Source: Patescibacteria group bacterium
GTDB lineage: Bacteria > Patescibacteriota > Minisyncoccia > UBA6257 > 2-01-FULL-56-20
DNA length: 64,000 nucleotides
Direction: 5' to 3'
Assembly (NCBI GenBank): GCA_018971305.1
Contig: JAGXBC010000003.1
Coordinates: 92,325 to 156,324 of the forward strand
Positions within the stretch are counted from its first letter, which is position 1; the number at the start of each line of letters is the position of its first letter. A program made the position numbers and the translations under genes. Shown one piece after another: positions 46,235-57,028 of this stretch. Under the pieces are notes generated by a model. That model did not search any database. It saw only the letters and a program-made list of their open reading frames with translations, and was not told where the DNA came from.

Positions 46235-47674
46235 ATGAAGAAAATTATCAAAAAACATTGGATAATTTCCGGGGTTGTTGTATTGTTGCTGATTTTAGGC
46301 GGTTATTTCATTTTTGGAAAAAAATCGGCCGTGAAAACTGATTTTACCGAAGCCAAGCTGGATAATCTCGTTCAGACCGTGAGTGTTACAGGAAATATCA
46401 AGCCCGCCGAGAGCGTGGATCTCGCTTTTGAAAAATCCGGAACTATCAGAAAAGTTAACGCGGACGTCGGTGATAAAGTTTATGCGGGCGAAGCTTTGGT
46501 TGAATTGGACAATTCCGAGTTTTCTACCCAGCTCGCCAAGGCCCAGGCCGATCTTGCTTCCCAGCAGGCAACCTTGGATAAAGCCAAGTTTATTTTAAAT
46601 AATTATTATAATGATGTTGTTGACGTAATTAATGACGCTTATACCAAAGCTAACGATGCCGTTCGTAATCAGACGGACGCGCTGTTCACCTATCCGGAGA
46701 CCAGCCCTAAATTGGTGTTCTCTACAAATGATTCGCAGAACGAAATCGACTTACAATCTCAGCGCCTTGTGCTCGCGGATAGATTGAATTCCTGGCTGAA
46801 AGACTTTAGTAAGCTACAAAGGAATTCCCAAAGCGATATTCTCGACAATGCTCTTATAGAATCCGAATCCAATTTAAACGAGGTCAGAAAATTTTTGGAC
46901 TTTGCCGATAAAGCAGTTGTCGATTCGGTATTCTTGCCGCAATCCACGGCAGCAACCTATAAGAACGATATAAATACAGGCAGAGCCGAAGTTGATACGG
47001 CGTTAACAAGTGTTGTTGGTAAGGAGCAGGATATTGGGCAAGAAAAAGCGACAATCACTTCAGATGAAGCTGAAGTTCAGAGCTATGAGGCCAGCGTGGA
47101 AAATATCAAAGCGCAGATCGCCAAAACGTCTTTAGTCTCTCCTATCAACGGAGTTGTAACAGTTCAGAATGCCAAGGTTGGGCAGATAGCTACGGCTAAC
47201 GTAACGATGACCTCCGTAATTTCCGCTTCCCGCTTCGATATCGAAGCCTATGTGCCGGAAGCGGATATTGCCAAGATAAATGTGGACGACACCACCTCCT
47301 TAACTTTGGATGCTTATGGCAGTGCCGTAAATTTTGCCGCCAGCGTTATAAAAATTGATCCGGGCGAAACCGTGATTGAGGGAGTGCCGACATATAAAGT
47401 TACTCTAAGATTTACGAAAGAAGACGCGAGAATTAAATCCGGAATGACTGCCAATCTGGATATCCTTACGGCCAAGCGGGATAACGTCATCGTCATACCC
47501 CAGCGTTCGGTGGTGACGAAGAGCGACGGAACCACTTATGTGCTTTTGAAAACTTCTATAGACGGCACAACCCGAGAGCAAACGGTACAAACGGGGATTC
47601 GAGGTTCCGATGGCAATATAGAAATAGTATCCGGACTCAAAGAAGGAGATATGATTACGACCTTCGGCGAGTAG
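46235..47674 (+). CDS. Efflux membrane fusion protein (MacA-like)
   Basis: N-terminal TM, lipoyl half motifs VGDKV..GE.LVELD / SPINGVV, long coiled coil, SGLKEGD. Confidence 0.9.
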   Translation: MKKIIKKHWIISGVVVLLLILGGYFIFGKKSAVKTDFTEAKLDNLVQTVSVTGNIKPAESVDLAFEKSGTIRKVNADVGDKVYAGEALVELDNSEFSTQLAKAQADLASQQATLDKAKFILNNYYNDVVDVINDAYTKANDAVRNQTDALFTYPETSPKLVFSTNDSQNEIDLQSQRLVLADRLNSWLKDFSKLQRNSQSDILDNALIESESNLNEVRKFLDFADKAVVDSVFLPQSTAATYKNDINTGRAEVDTALTSVVGKEQDIGQEKATITSDEAEVQSYEASVENIKAQIAKTSLVSPINGVVTVQNAKVGQIATANVTMTSVISASRFDIEAYVPEADIAKINVDDTTSLTLDAYGSAVNFAASVIKIDPGETVIEGVPTYKVTLRFTKEDARIKSGMTANLDILTAKRDNVIVIPQRSVVTKSDGTTYVLLKTSIDGTTREQTVQTGIRGSDGNIEIVSGLKEGDMITTFGE

Positions 47675-47678
47675 TCCA

Positions 47679-48404
47679 ATGCCTGCGATAATAGATGTAA
47701 AAAACTTGGAAAAGGTTTACAACGAGGGCGGAGTGGAAACTCCGGCTCTGCGCGGAATATCTTTTTCCATAAATGCCGGGGATTTTTTGGCCATCATGGG
47801 CGCCTCCGGTTCCGGAAAATCTACCCTGCTTCACATTCTGGGATTTTTGGATAGGCCGACAGGCGGTGAATACAGGTTTGACGGCAAAACGATGGATGAT
47901 TATTCGGATGACGAAATTGCCAGCGTGCGCAACAAAAAAATGGGTTTCGTTTTTCAGGCTTTCAATCTTTTGCCTAAAACATCGGTTCTGGATAACGTAA
48001 AACTGCCGCTAACTTATACCGACATCAAGGAATCACTCTGGGATGACATGGCTATGAAGGCACTGGAATCTGTGGGACTAAGCCATAGGATTCATCATGA
48101 TTCTTCACAGCTTTCCGGCGGTGAAAAGCAGCGCGCGGCGATAGCGAGGGCACTTATAAACAATCCTCAGGTTATTTTTGCCGACGAACCGACAGGTAAT
48201 CTTGATTCCAAGTCCGGTCAGACAGTTATGGAACTTATCCAGGATTTGAACGAAAAGCAGGGTCATACGATAGTTCTTATTACGCACGAAACCTATACGG
48301 CCGAACACGCCGGCAGGATTATTCGTTTGCTTGACGGAAAAATAGAAAGCGATAAAACGCTTGACCATCACCACCGCCTGCGAGCCGATCAATTCCAAAA
48401 ATAA
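47679..48404 (+). CDS. ABC ATPase (MacB/LolD-like)
   Basis: GASGSGKST, LSGGEKQR, ADEPTGNLD. Confidence 0.95.
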   Translation: MPAIIDVKNLEKVYNEGGVETPALRGISFSINAGDFLAIMGASGSGKSTLLHILGFLDRPTGGEYRFDGKTMDDYSDDEIASVRNKKMGFVFQAFNLLPKTSVLDNVKLPLTYTDIKESLWDDMAMKALESVGLSHRIHHDSSQLSGGEKQRAAIARALINNPQVIFADEPTGNLDSKSGQTVMELIQDLNEKQGHTIVLITHETYTAEHAGRIIRLLDGKIESDKTLDHHHRLRADQFQK

Positions 48405-48406
48405 TC

Positions 48407-49645
48407 ATGACCATTAAACACAGCATAAAGTCGGCCGTTATGGCCATCAGGGCGCACAAATCGCGCTCAATATTGACCATTCTGGGAATTGTCGTCGGCA
48501 TTACCTCAATCATTATCGTGATGTCCATAGGCGAGGGAGCCAAGAATCTTATTCTCAGCCAGATCCAGGGACTGGGTTCGAAAACCATAGCAATTCTTCC
48601 CGGAAGAGAACCGACAAGCCCCACCGATGTCGCTCAGTTGATGAGTGATTCGCTTAAGGACAAAGACCTGCAATTATTGGAAAACAAAAGCAATGTGCCC
48701 AATGTTTCGGATATAATGCCGGTTGTCTTCGGCGGCGAAACGGCATACTACGATAACAATACTTATAGGATAACTGTTTTCGGAGCAACCGACCTGGTAA
48801 CGAAAATTTTTGATATTTATCCGTCTCAGGGAAATTTCTTTACAGCAGAAGATGTAAGGAGCAAGGCCGATGTGGCAATAATCGGTTCTAAGGTCAAAGA
48901 TAAATTGTTCGGCCCTTCGGATGCCATCGGGCAAAGGATAAAAATAAACAACAAAAGCTTCCGCGTTATAGGCGTGTTCGGCCAGAAAGGCCAGGTGTCG
49001 TTCTTTAATTTTGATGAAATGGCGGTTGTACCCTATACAACGGCTCAGCAATATGTTTTCGGCATAAAATACTTCCACCGCATTATTGTGGAAGCCGACT
49101 CGGAAACGAATTTGGATTCGACCGTTAAAGATATTCAGATAACCCTGCGCAATTCTCATGGTATAACCGACCCGACCAAGGATGATTTTTCGGTGCAGAC
49201 ATCCGCAGACCTGGCTCAGCGATTAGGAACGATAACAGATATTCTGACATTACTTCTTACTTCCGTTGCCGCCATTTCTCTTGTTGTCGGTGGTATCGGT
49301 ATTATGAATATCATGCTCGTCTCCGTTACGGAGCGTACCCGGGAAATAGGCCTGAGGAAAGCGCTTGGAGCAACGAACAGAAATATTCTTCTGCAATTCC
49401 TTTTGGAAGCTATTGCTCTCACGGGCCTTGGCGGGGTAGTCGGAATTTTACTGGGCAGCGGGATTTCTTTCGCCGTAGCCATAGCCGTAAGCCGATTTTT
49501 GGGATTGAATTGGGTATTCACTTTTCCCATTAACGGAGCCATAATTGGCATCGTGGTCTCCACCGCCATCGGTCTTATTTTCGGACTTTACCCGGCGCGG
49601 CAAGCCGCCAGAAAAGATCCGATTGAGGCATTGAGGTACGAATAA
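48407..49645 (+). CDS. ABC permease (MacB/FtsX-like)
   Basis: RSILTILGIVVG, ISLVVGGIGIMNIMLVSVTERTREIG, DPIEALRYE. Confidence 0.95.
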   Translation: MTIKHSIKSAVMAIRAHKSRSILTILGIVVGITSIIIVMSIGEGAKNLILSQIQGLGSKTIAILPGREPTSPTDVAQLMSDSLKDKDLQLLENKSNVPNVSDIMPVVFGGETAYYDNNTYRITVFGATDLVTKIFDIYPSQGNFFTAEDVRSKADVAIIGSKVKDKLFGPSDAIGQRIKINNKSFRVIGVFGQKGQVSFFNFDEMAVVPYTTAQQYVFGIKYFHRIIVEADSETNLDSTVKDIQITLRNSHGITDPTKDDFSVQTSADLAQRLGTITDILTLLLTSVAAISLVVGGIGIMNIMLVSVTERTREIGLRKALGATNRNILLQFLLEAIALTGLGGVVGILLGSGISFAVAIAVSRFLGLNWVFTFPINGAIIGIVVSTAIGLIFGLYPARQAARKDPIEALRYE

Positions 49646-49950
49646 TCTAAAGAGTTGGGGAAATTAGAGATTGGAGTAAAAATATAAGGGGCGCTCATTG
49701 CTGGGCGCCATTTTTGTCTAATCACTATATTACGGTGTTTTCCAGTAATAGGGCGATCAGCTAATTCCTTATGTATATAACGTGAACTTGGACTTTATTA
49801 TTTTTTTGTATTTCAATTGCCTCCGTATTAGACGCTGAAAACGTTGTAAACTTCGTTGCTTTTTCTTGTCAAACAAGATAAACTTTTCTTGTCAGTACCA
49901 CCCCTCTAAGAGCGAACACGGGGGCGTTTTGGTATTTACCAACAAAAATT

Positions 49951-52491
49951 ATGAGAGACAAAATAGTAATTAAAGGCGCGCGCGAGCACAATCTCAAGAA
50001 TATTAATCTTGAACTGCCGCGGGATAAGATGATAGTTTTTACCGGTCTTTCTGGATCCGGCAAGTCAAGCTTGGCTTTTGACACGATTTTTGCCGAAGGC
50101 CAGAGGCGTTACATCGAATCACTTTCCGCTTATGCGCGGCAGTTTTTGGGCAAACTGGATAAGCCAGATGTGGATGAAATTGAAGGTCTGTCGCCGGCTA
50201 TTTCTATAGATCAAAAAAGCCATTCGGCGAACCCCCGTTCCACGGTTGCTACCATAACGGAAATTTACGATTACCTCCGCGTTCTTTTTGCCCGCGTTGG
50301 CAAGCCATTTTGTCCGAGGTGCGGCCGAGAAATAAAAAAAATGACGAATGAAGAAATCGTTGACATAGCTATCGAAATTTCCGATACCGCATCGTCATCG
50401 GCTCCCGGCAAGGGTAAGCTCGGCAAGAACATCGTTATTCTCGCTCCGGTTGTCCGGGGCAGAAAGGGGGAATATTATCAAATGCTTTATGACTTTTTGA
50501 ACGCAGGATTTTCCGAGGTGCGCATAGACGGGAAATTCCAGTCGCTGAGGGAAAGGGTGGAGCTCAGCCGTTACAAGATCCACAACATTGAGCTTGTCGT
50601 AGACAGGATGCCAGCCGGACTTGATTTCAAAGACAAAGACAGCAGACTGCGTCTTTCCGAAGCCATAGAGTCGGCTCTTAAATACGGCAACGATGTCGTG
50701 ACAATCATCGCCGACAAAGAAATATCGCTTTCCGCAAAGTTCACTTGTCCGCAAGACGGATTTTCTTTTCCGGAAATAGAGCCGCGCCTTTTTTCGTTTA
50801 ACAGCCCTTATGGCGCCTGCCCGGAGTGCCACGGCTTGGGAGTTAAAGAGCTTTGGTCGGAGGAAATTTGTCCGATTTGTACCGGCAAACGGTTAAAAGA
50901 AGAAGCCCTCAATGTTCTCGTAAACGGAAAGAATATAAATTCCGTTACTGCTATGTCCATAGAAGAAGCAATTAATTTTTTTACCGGACTTAATCTGAAA
51001 AACGAGAGCGCTAACGCTGTTGCCGAAACACCACTGCGGGAAATAAAAAGCCGTTTAAAGTTCATGATTGACGTTGGCTTGGATTATCTGACGCTGGACC
51101 GAAAAGCAGGGACGCTTTCCGGAGGAGAATCGCAAAGAATACGCCTGGCTTCGCAGATCGGTTCGCGGCTTGTCGGCACTCTCTATATTCTTGACGAACC
51201 GACTATCGGCTTGCATCAGCGCGATAATGCCAAGCTTATCAAAACACTGCATGACCTGCGTGATTTGGGCAATACTATAATTGTTGTTGAACACGACGAA
51301 GAAACAATCCGCGAATCAGATTATCTCGTTGATATCGGGCCGGCGGCCGGCGTTCATGGCGGGAAAATCGTTACGTACGGACCGATACCGGAAATTATAA
51401 AAGATAAAACGAAAGATTCTCTGACCCTGCAATATCTTCGCGGAAAAAAATTTATTGATGTCCCATCCAAGAGGCGAGAAATGGGTAAGAGTCAGAATTA
51501 CCTTAAAATCCGGGGGGCATCGGCGAATAATTTAAAGAATATTGATGTGGATATACCGCTTAAAAGATTTACGGCCGTAACCGGGGTTTCCGGTTCCGGC
51601 AAGAGCAGTCTGGTTTACGACGTACTTTATAAAAATCTGGCGGATAAATTTTATCACACGAGTTATAGGGCGGGGGGTAATAAAGCCATCCTTGGATTGG
51701 AACATATAAATCGCGTAATCAATATTGACCAATCGCCGATAGGCAGGACGCCGCGTTCCAATCCGGCGACTTACGTCGGTGCCTGGACATATATCCGTGA
51801 TTTATTTGCCGCCACGGAAGACGCGCGCGTGAGAGGTTATAAAGCCGGGCGGTTCAGCTTTAATGTTCCTGGCGGCCGCTGCGAGAACTGTGAAGGCCAC
51901 GGTACGATTGCCATAGAAATGCATTTCTTGCCCACGGTTTATGTGACTTGCGATATTTGCAAGGGAAAACGTTTTGACCGCGAAACTCTGGAGGTGGAAT
52001 ATAAGGGCAAGAATATTTATCAGGCATTGCAAATGACCATTGAAGAAGCGGTTAAATTTTTTGAGGATATTCCCTGGCTATACGAAAGGTTGAATATTTT
52101 GGAAGAAGTCGGTTTAGGATATCTGGAGTTGGGGCAGTCAGCGACAACGCTTTCTGGCGGTGAGGCACAAAGGGTGAAACTTGCCGCAGAACTCGGGAAG
52201 CGCGACACGCATCGCACGCTTTATCTTCTTGACGAACCGACCACAGGCCTGCATTTTGCCGATGTTGACCAGCTTTTGAAGGTTTTACAGCGGCTTGTGG
52301 ATAGGGGGAATACAGTAGTAGTCATTGAGCATAACTTGGACGTGATTAAAACGGCCGATTGGGTTATTGACTTGGGTCCCGAAGGCGGCGAAAGAGGTGG
52401 GAAAATTGTAGCTGCCGGAACACCGGAACAGATTGCACGCAAGGTAGGAAGTTTTACCGGAGAATATTTACGAAAGGTATTGCAAAAATAG
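49951..52491 (+). CDS. uvrA: Excinuclease ABC subunit A
   Basis: GAREHNLKN, two Walker A ([16 protein letters not shown]), zinc fingers, LSGGE twice. Confidence 0.98.
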   Translation: MRDKIVIKGAREHNLKNINLELPRDKMIVFTGLSGSGKSSLAFDTIFAEGQRRYIESLSAYARQFLGKLDKPDVDEIEGLSPAISIDQKSHSANPRSTVATITEIYDYLRVLFARVGKPFCPRCGREIKKMTNEEIVDIAIEISDTASSSAPGKGKLGKNIVILAPVVRGRKGEYYQMLYDFLNAGFSEVRIDGKFQSLRERVELSRYKIHNIELVVDRMPAGLDFKDKDSRLRLSEAIESALKYGNDVVTIIADKEISLSAKFTCPQDGFSFPEIEPRLFSFNSPYGACPECHGLGVKELWSEEICPICTGKRLKEEALNVLVNGKNINSVTAMSIEEAINFFTGLNLKNESANAVAETPLREIKSRLKFMIDVGLDYLTLDRKAGTLSGGESQRIRLASQIGSRLVGTLYILDEPTIGLHQRDNAKLIKTLHDLRDLGNTIIVVEHDEETIRESDYLVDIGPAAGVHGGKIVTYGPIPEIIKDKTKDSLTLQYLRGKKFIDVPSKRREMGKSQNYLKIRGASANNLKNIDVDIPLKRFTAVTGVSGSGKSSLVYDVLYKNLADKFYHTSYRAGGNKAILGLEHINRVINIDQSPIGRTPRSNPATYVGAWTYIRDLFAATEDARVRGYKAGRFSFNVPGGRCENCEGHGTIAIEMHFLPTVYVTCDICKGKRFDRETLEVEYKGKNIYQALQMTIEEAVKFFEDIPWLYERLNILEEVGLGYLELGQSATTLSGGEAQRVKLAAELGKRDTHRTLYLLDEPTTGLHFADVDQLLKVLQRLVDRGNTVVVIEHNLDVIKTADWVIDLGPEGGERGGKIVAAGTPEQIARKVGSFTGEYLRKVLQK

Positions 52492-52560
52492 TTTGAAATT
52501 ATCTGAGATTGATGATAGATTCAGTTTAGCTTTATTTTTTGAGAACAGGAGAGGATTGCG

Positions 52561-53082
52561 ATGAGAAATCTGATACGCCAGAAAATCTCAGAGTTGTTGA
52601 TAGGTATAGTAGCTGTCTCAGTCATTTTAGAAGACTACTTACCGAAATTGCGTTGGCATCTCAGTTCTTTGATTCTAGCTGCTACCATAACCCTTATTAT
52701 AAAAGTGTTCCGCGACGAAGCACGATATTTTAAAACCGTTTTCCTGATATGTCCGATAAGAGGAGTCACGGCAGATGAGTTGGAAGATATTAAAATTTAC
52801 GTGGCCAAATTGGAAGGAACGGGGAAAAAGGTTTACTGGCCTTATCGCGATACCAACCAGAATGACCCTGTCGGACTTAGGATTTGCACGGATAATTGCA
52901 ACGCAATAAAGGCAAGTTACGAGATTCATATTTGGTGGAAGCCGAACTCCGAAGGTTCAAAATTTGATCTCGGTATGGCTTTCGCCCTGGAAAAAAAGAT
53001 TGTCATCGCTAACCCCGAAGACGTAAAAGCTATGTCCGGGAAAAATTTCAGTAATGTTTTGTTGAAACTCGCCGAAAGATAA
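52561..53082 (+). CDS. 2-TM protein with nucleoside 2-deoxyribosyltransferase-like domain
   Basis: Two N-terminal TM; VFLICPI, VYWP.RD, SEGSKFDLGMAFALEKKIV. Confidence 0.65.
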   Translation: MRNLIRQKISELLIGIVAVSVILEDYLPKLRWHLSSLILAATITLIIKVFRDEARYFKTVFLICPIRGVTADELEDIKIYVAKLEGTGKKVYWPYRDTNQNDPVGLRICTDNCNAIKASYEIHIWWKPNSEGSKFDLGMAFALEKKIVIANPEDVKAMSGKNFSNVLLKLAER

Positions 53083-53151
53083 GAATCCAACCGCCCCGGT
53101 CTTTGCCGCGGCGGATTTCTTTTTATTAAAAATTATTGTTAATATATACAT

Positions 53152-53433
53152 ATGCTCAAGATTACAGGTAACGATATTTTCCGGGCCGGAGAAAAGATAG
53201 GCTGGGTAGAGGGAAGCCATGTTTATGCCCATGATGGTAAAAAATTGGGATATTTCTCGGGAAATTATATTTACGGATATGATGGCAGGAAAATAGCCTA
53301 CATTGAAGGCGATCATCTTTTTTCTGGTGGCAGCGGCGTAAAGGTTCCGTTAGAAAAAATAAGCGAATTAATAGAGGGGGGCATACTTCCGGAAGCGGGC
53401 AAGTGTGCTATATATGTCCTTCTGGGAGATTAG
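53152..53433 (+). CDS. Small beta-repeat protein (G.KIGY..G..IY..DG repeats)
   Basis: Three to four ~15-aa repeats. Confidence 0.6.
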   Translation: MLKITGNDIFRAGEKIGWVEGSHVYAHDGKKLGYFSGNYIYGYDGRKIAYIEGDHLFSGGSGVKVPLEKISELIEGGILPEAGKCAIYVLLGD

Positions 53434-53444
53434 AAAATAATTCA

Positions 53445-54311
53445 ATGATAAAGACCAAGAAACTCGGTCTGGCTCTTGGCGGCGGTGGAGCGAAAGGTTT
53501 GGCACATATCGGGGTTATCAAAGAGTTGGAACGTGCCGGAGTTCCTATTGATTTTATCGCGGGCACGAGCATGGGCGCTATTATCGGCGGCTGGTACGCG
53601 GCAACCAAGGACATCGAACATATCGAAAATATTTTTTTGAAACTGAAATTTAGGGATATTTTCCCATTCCGCGAATTTATCAGACACAAAGAAGGATCTC
53701 TTGCTGGAGGCGAAAGGATGAAAGCTCTTCTCGACGGCCACATGAAAGATCTAAAAATAGAGAATTGCAAGATTCCTTTCGCGGCCGTAGCTACCGATGT
53801 TAAAAACGGAGAGGCGGTCGTTATAAAGAAGGGCAATCTGGCCGAAGCGGCGCGGGCGAGTTCCGCGCTGCCGGTTATTTTTCGGGCCGTGCCATTAGGT
53901 GGCAAGCTTCTTATGGATGGAGGATTTTCCGATCCGATTCCCGTAGATGTAGCAAGAGAAATGGGAGCGGATTTTGTTTTGGCCGTGGACGTTTCCAGTA
54001 AGTGGCTTAAAGAAGACGGCAACGGTTCGGAAGACGTTAAAAGCGTTTATTCCGCCATTTCCAATTCTATGGCTCTTGTGGAGTATCAGCTCGCGAGGCC
54101 CATCATAAAAAATGCCGACCTTGTATTGCGCCCGCCGGTTTTGAATTTCAATTTATTGGGATTCGGAGATTCCGGGCAGATAATATCTTTGGGTGAGGAA
54201 GAAGCCCGATTATATATGGAAGAAATAAGAAAGGGCGCTGGAATCAGAGAACCAAGAAAAACAACGGGTGAGAAATTTATTGATTTCTTGTTCAATTCCG
54301 ATAAAAATTAA
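53445..54311 (+). CDS. Patatin-like phospholipase (RssA/NTE family)
   Basis: GGGGAKGLAHIGV, GTSMG, DGG. Confidence 0.92.
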   Translation: MIKTKKLGLALGGGGAKGLAHIGVIKELERAGVPIDFIAGTSMGAIIGGWYAATKDIEHIENIFLKLKFRDIFPFREFIRHKEGSLAGGERMKALLDGHMKDLKIENCKIPFAAVATDVKNGEAVVIKKGNLAEAARASSALPVIFRAVPLGGKLLMDGGFSDPIPVDVAREMGADFVLAVDVSSKWLKEDGNGSEDVKSVYSAISNSMALVEYQLARPIIKNADLVLRPPVLNFNLLGFGDSGQIISLGEEEARLYMEEIRKGAGIREPRKTTGEKFIDFLFNSDKN

Positions 54312-54315
54312 GCTT

Positions 54316-55536
54316 ATGCGTAAAAAATTATACGACAAAATGCCGGTCACGCCCGGCGTTTATCTTATGAAAGACGCCTCTGGCAGTATTCTTTACGTCG
54401 GCAAGGCGGCGAATCTGCGACGCAGAGTTTCCAGCTATTTTGAGAGAGCTCACGACGCAAGAATAGACTCGCTGGTGAGCAAGATAAGAAAAATAGAACA
54501 CAAAAAAACTGATACGGCGCTGGAAGCTCTGATTTTGGAAGCGAAACTTATCAAACAATATCGCCCGCCGTTCAATATAAAAGACAATGACGATAAAAGC
54601 TTTTTATATATTGAAATTACTAAAGAAAAATTTCCTCGCGTGCTTTTGGTGAGGGGTAGGGAAGTGAAATCAGGGAAAGGCGCACATTTTGGACCTTTTG
54701 TTTCCGCTTCTAATGTTCGCGAGGCCTTAAAAATATTGAGGAAAATTTTTCCTTGGAATATGCACGATCCAGACAGGATTGGAAAATTTAACAGGCCTTG
54801 CTTTGATTATGAGATAGGGATTTGTCCGGGGACCTGCACCGGAACGATAAGCCGTGAGAATTATCTACAGAACATAAAAAATCTTAAGCTGTTCCTTGGG
54901 GGGTGCAAGGCCGCGGTTTTGAAAAATATGAAGCAAGAAATGGCCGCGGCCAGCAAGAGGCTTGACTTCGAAACAGCTGCTAAATTACGCGGGCGGATTT
55001 TCGCCTTACAGCACATCCAGGATACAGCGCTGATAAACGAATCTGATTTTGGAAACTGGAAACTGGAAATTGGAAATTCCGCTGCCCTAGGTGAGCAGCG
55101 GATAGAGGGCTACGATATCTCCAATATTTCCGGAACATCGGCAGTGGGCTCGATGGTTGTGTTCGTGAATGGCATGCCGGATAAAAAAGAATACAGAAAA
55201 TTCAAGATAAAAACGATTACTCAGCCGGATGACGTCGGCATGTTGAAAGAAGTATTGCGCCGCAGATTTCATAATAACTGGACCTTGCCTAACATAGTTC
55301 TGGTGGACGGGGGACTGGGGCAGGTTAACGCCGCAAAATCGGTGCTAAAAGAATTTGGACTAAAACTTCCTCTCCTAGGCATTGCCAAAGGACCGGAACG
55401 CAAAAGAAATGACATTATAGGATTCATACCTCGAGGGATAGAAAAGAACACCCTAATTAAGGTACGTGACGAGGCCCATCGCTTTGCGGTGAGCTACCAT
55501 AAACATTTACGGGGAAGAAACTTTATTGGACTTTAA
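54316..55536 (+). CDS. uvrC: Excinuclease ABC subunit C (short form)
   Basis: GIY-YIG PGVY..YVGKA, UVR domain, RIEGYDISN, DGG.GQ, RDEAHRFA; ends without HhH pair. Confidence 0.95.
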   Translation: MRKKLYDKMPVTPGVYLMKDASGSILYVGKAANLRRRVSSYFERAHDARIDSLVSKIRKIEHKKTDTALEALILEAKLIKQYRPPFNIKDNDDKSFLYIEITKEKFPRVLLVRGREVKSGKGAHFGPFVSASNVREALKILRKIFPWNMHDPDRIGKFNRPCFDYEIGICPGTCTGTISRENYLQNIKNLKLFLGGCKAAVLKNMKQEMAAASKRLDFETAAKLRGRIFALQHIQDTALINESDFGNWKLEIGNSAALGEQRIEGYDISNISGTSAVGSMVVFVNGMPDKKEYRKFKIKTITQPDDVGMLKEVLRRRFHNNWTLPNIVLVDGGLGQVNAAKSVLKEFGLKLPLLGIAKGPERKRNDIIGFIPRGIEKNTLIKVRDEAHRFAVSYHKHLRGRNFIGL

Positions 55537-56320
55537 CTGAGAGTTTTAGCGTTGGATAAGCAGCAGAATAAAAGACATAAGAACCTGGGAATAATACCGA
55601 CGTATCAAAGGTAAAAGAACTTCCGATAGGAATGACGAAAGGGCTAAATCCGGTAAGAGTTATCTTATGATCTACTTGGTCATTATTAACGATGGTCAGC
55701 TTATCTCCTTTATTGAGCGACAAAGAGGGTTGGTCAAAAGCCAGATTATTTATCGTTACGGAATATGAAGACGGATGCAGCTCACTCGTATAGACAAGAG
55801 AAAATTCTCCGCTTGATACTTCGGGAAGCTTCGTACTGTCAAATTTAATTTTTATTATGTAGTTTCCCGCAGAAACTGTTTTTTTAGTGGGGCTGTATCT
55901 CGCTATATACAAATCGCGTGTGTTCCAGGTATAAGAAACTTGATGTACGTTGGTTTCCGATGTTATCCAGCCAACGACGCTTTTATCGGAAGCGTTAACT
56001 AAATATATCCCTCCGGTAAATCCGGATTCTTTGTCCCATTGAATAGTATTATTCTGGCTCAGCGCCAATTTTGCAGATACGGTTGGTGAAGTTATTTTTA
56101 TTCCGCTGACTTGGGTTGTTGTGGTTTGTCCCGAAGAAGGGCTCTTTACCTGACCGGTATTATTAGTTACAGGTTGAGGCTGGGATGAAGTTGCATTGGT
56201 CGTCGGAGCGCCCTGATCGGTTACCGGTGTCTTCGTGGCACTTACAAAGTACCAAATAGTTCCTACGACAACTATAAAAACGGCAATTGCTACAATTTTT
56301 AATGATTTTGTATCTTTCAT
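55523..56320 (-). CDS. Membrane-anchored surface protein with Ig-like and cupredoxin-like domains
   Basis: N-terminal TM, S/T/Q linker, SYTW..AGNYIIKI, AFDQPSLSLNKGD.LTIVNND...H. Confidence 0.6.
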   Translation of the reverse strand: MKDTKSLKIVAIAVFIVVVGTIWYFVSATKTPVTDQGAPTTNATSSQPQPVTNNTGQVKSPSSGQTTTTQVSGIKITSPTVSAKLALSQNNTIQWDKESGFTGGIYLVNASDKSVVGWITSETNVHQVSYTWNTRDLYIARYSPTKKTVSAGNYIIKIKFDSTKLPEVSSGEFSLVYTSELHPSSYSVTINNLAFDQPSLSLNKGDKLTIVNNDQVDHKITLTGFSPFVIPIGSSFTFDTSVLFPGSYVFYSAAYPTLKLSVKVQ

Positions 56321-56416
56321 TTTAATTTTTATTTAGTTTATAATCCCGGTTCGTTGCTAGATGGCCACTTACTATTTATCTATCACTACCAAGTACAATT
56401 ATACTATACTTGAGTT

Positions 56417-56971
56417 ATGAAAGCACCTTTATTAAGGAACACAGAAAATATTTTACGCGCCGGCGGAATTGGTGTTATGCCCACCGACACTATTTATGGT
56501 TTGCTGGGTTCGGCTTTAAACAAAAAGACCGTGGCGAAAATATATAAATTGCGCCGCCGTAATACCAAAAAACCGCTCATAGTGCTTATCGGTTCTGCCA
56601 CCGATTTAGAAATATTCGGAATCAAACCCGAAGCGACAACAAAAAGACTTTTAAAAAAATTTTGGCCGGGGAAAACCAGCATAATACTCTCTTGTCGTGC
56701 AAAAAAATTCACATATCTTCATCGGGGTGCAAAGACGCTGGCCTTTCGCTTGCCTAAAACTTTTTGGTTAAGAAAACTCCTCGTCAAAACTGGTCCGCTT
56801 GTCGCCCCAAGCGCCAATTGGGAGGGTGAATTGCCCGCGCTAACGATAAATGATGCCAAGAAATATTTTGATAGCCAGATAGATTTTTATATCAATGCCG
56901 GGAAAATTATAGGGAAGCCGTCGAGATTGATAAAAATAAATTCCGGCAAGATAACTGTTTTACGCAAGTAG
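56417..56971 (+). CDS. tsaC: Threonylcarbamoyl-AMP synthase (TsaC/Sua5/YrdC)
   Basis: PTDTIYGL, KPLIVL, WPG, APSAN. Confidence 0.92.
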   Translation: MKAPLLRNTENILRAGGIGVMPTDTIYGLLGSALNKKTVAKIYKLRRRNTKKPLIVLIGSATDLEIFGIKPEATTKRLLKKFWPGKTSIILSCRAKKFTYLHRGAKTLAFRLPKTFWLRKLLVKTGPLVAPSANWEGELPALTINDAKKYFDSQIDFYINAGKIIGKPSRLIKINSGKITVLRK

Positions 56972-57028
56972 GAGAGCGCCTATAATCATTTTTACGACTT
57001 ACTACGATTTCAGTGTTATAATGGGGAT

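Noticed and set aside
54316-55536. uvrC as a truncated pseudogene
   Set aside because: Both nuclease domains are intact and the ORF ends cleanly after RDEAHRFA; more likely a natural short form
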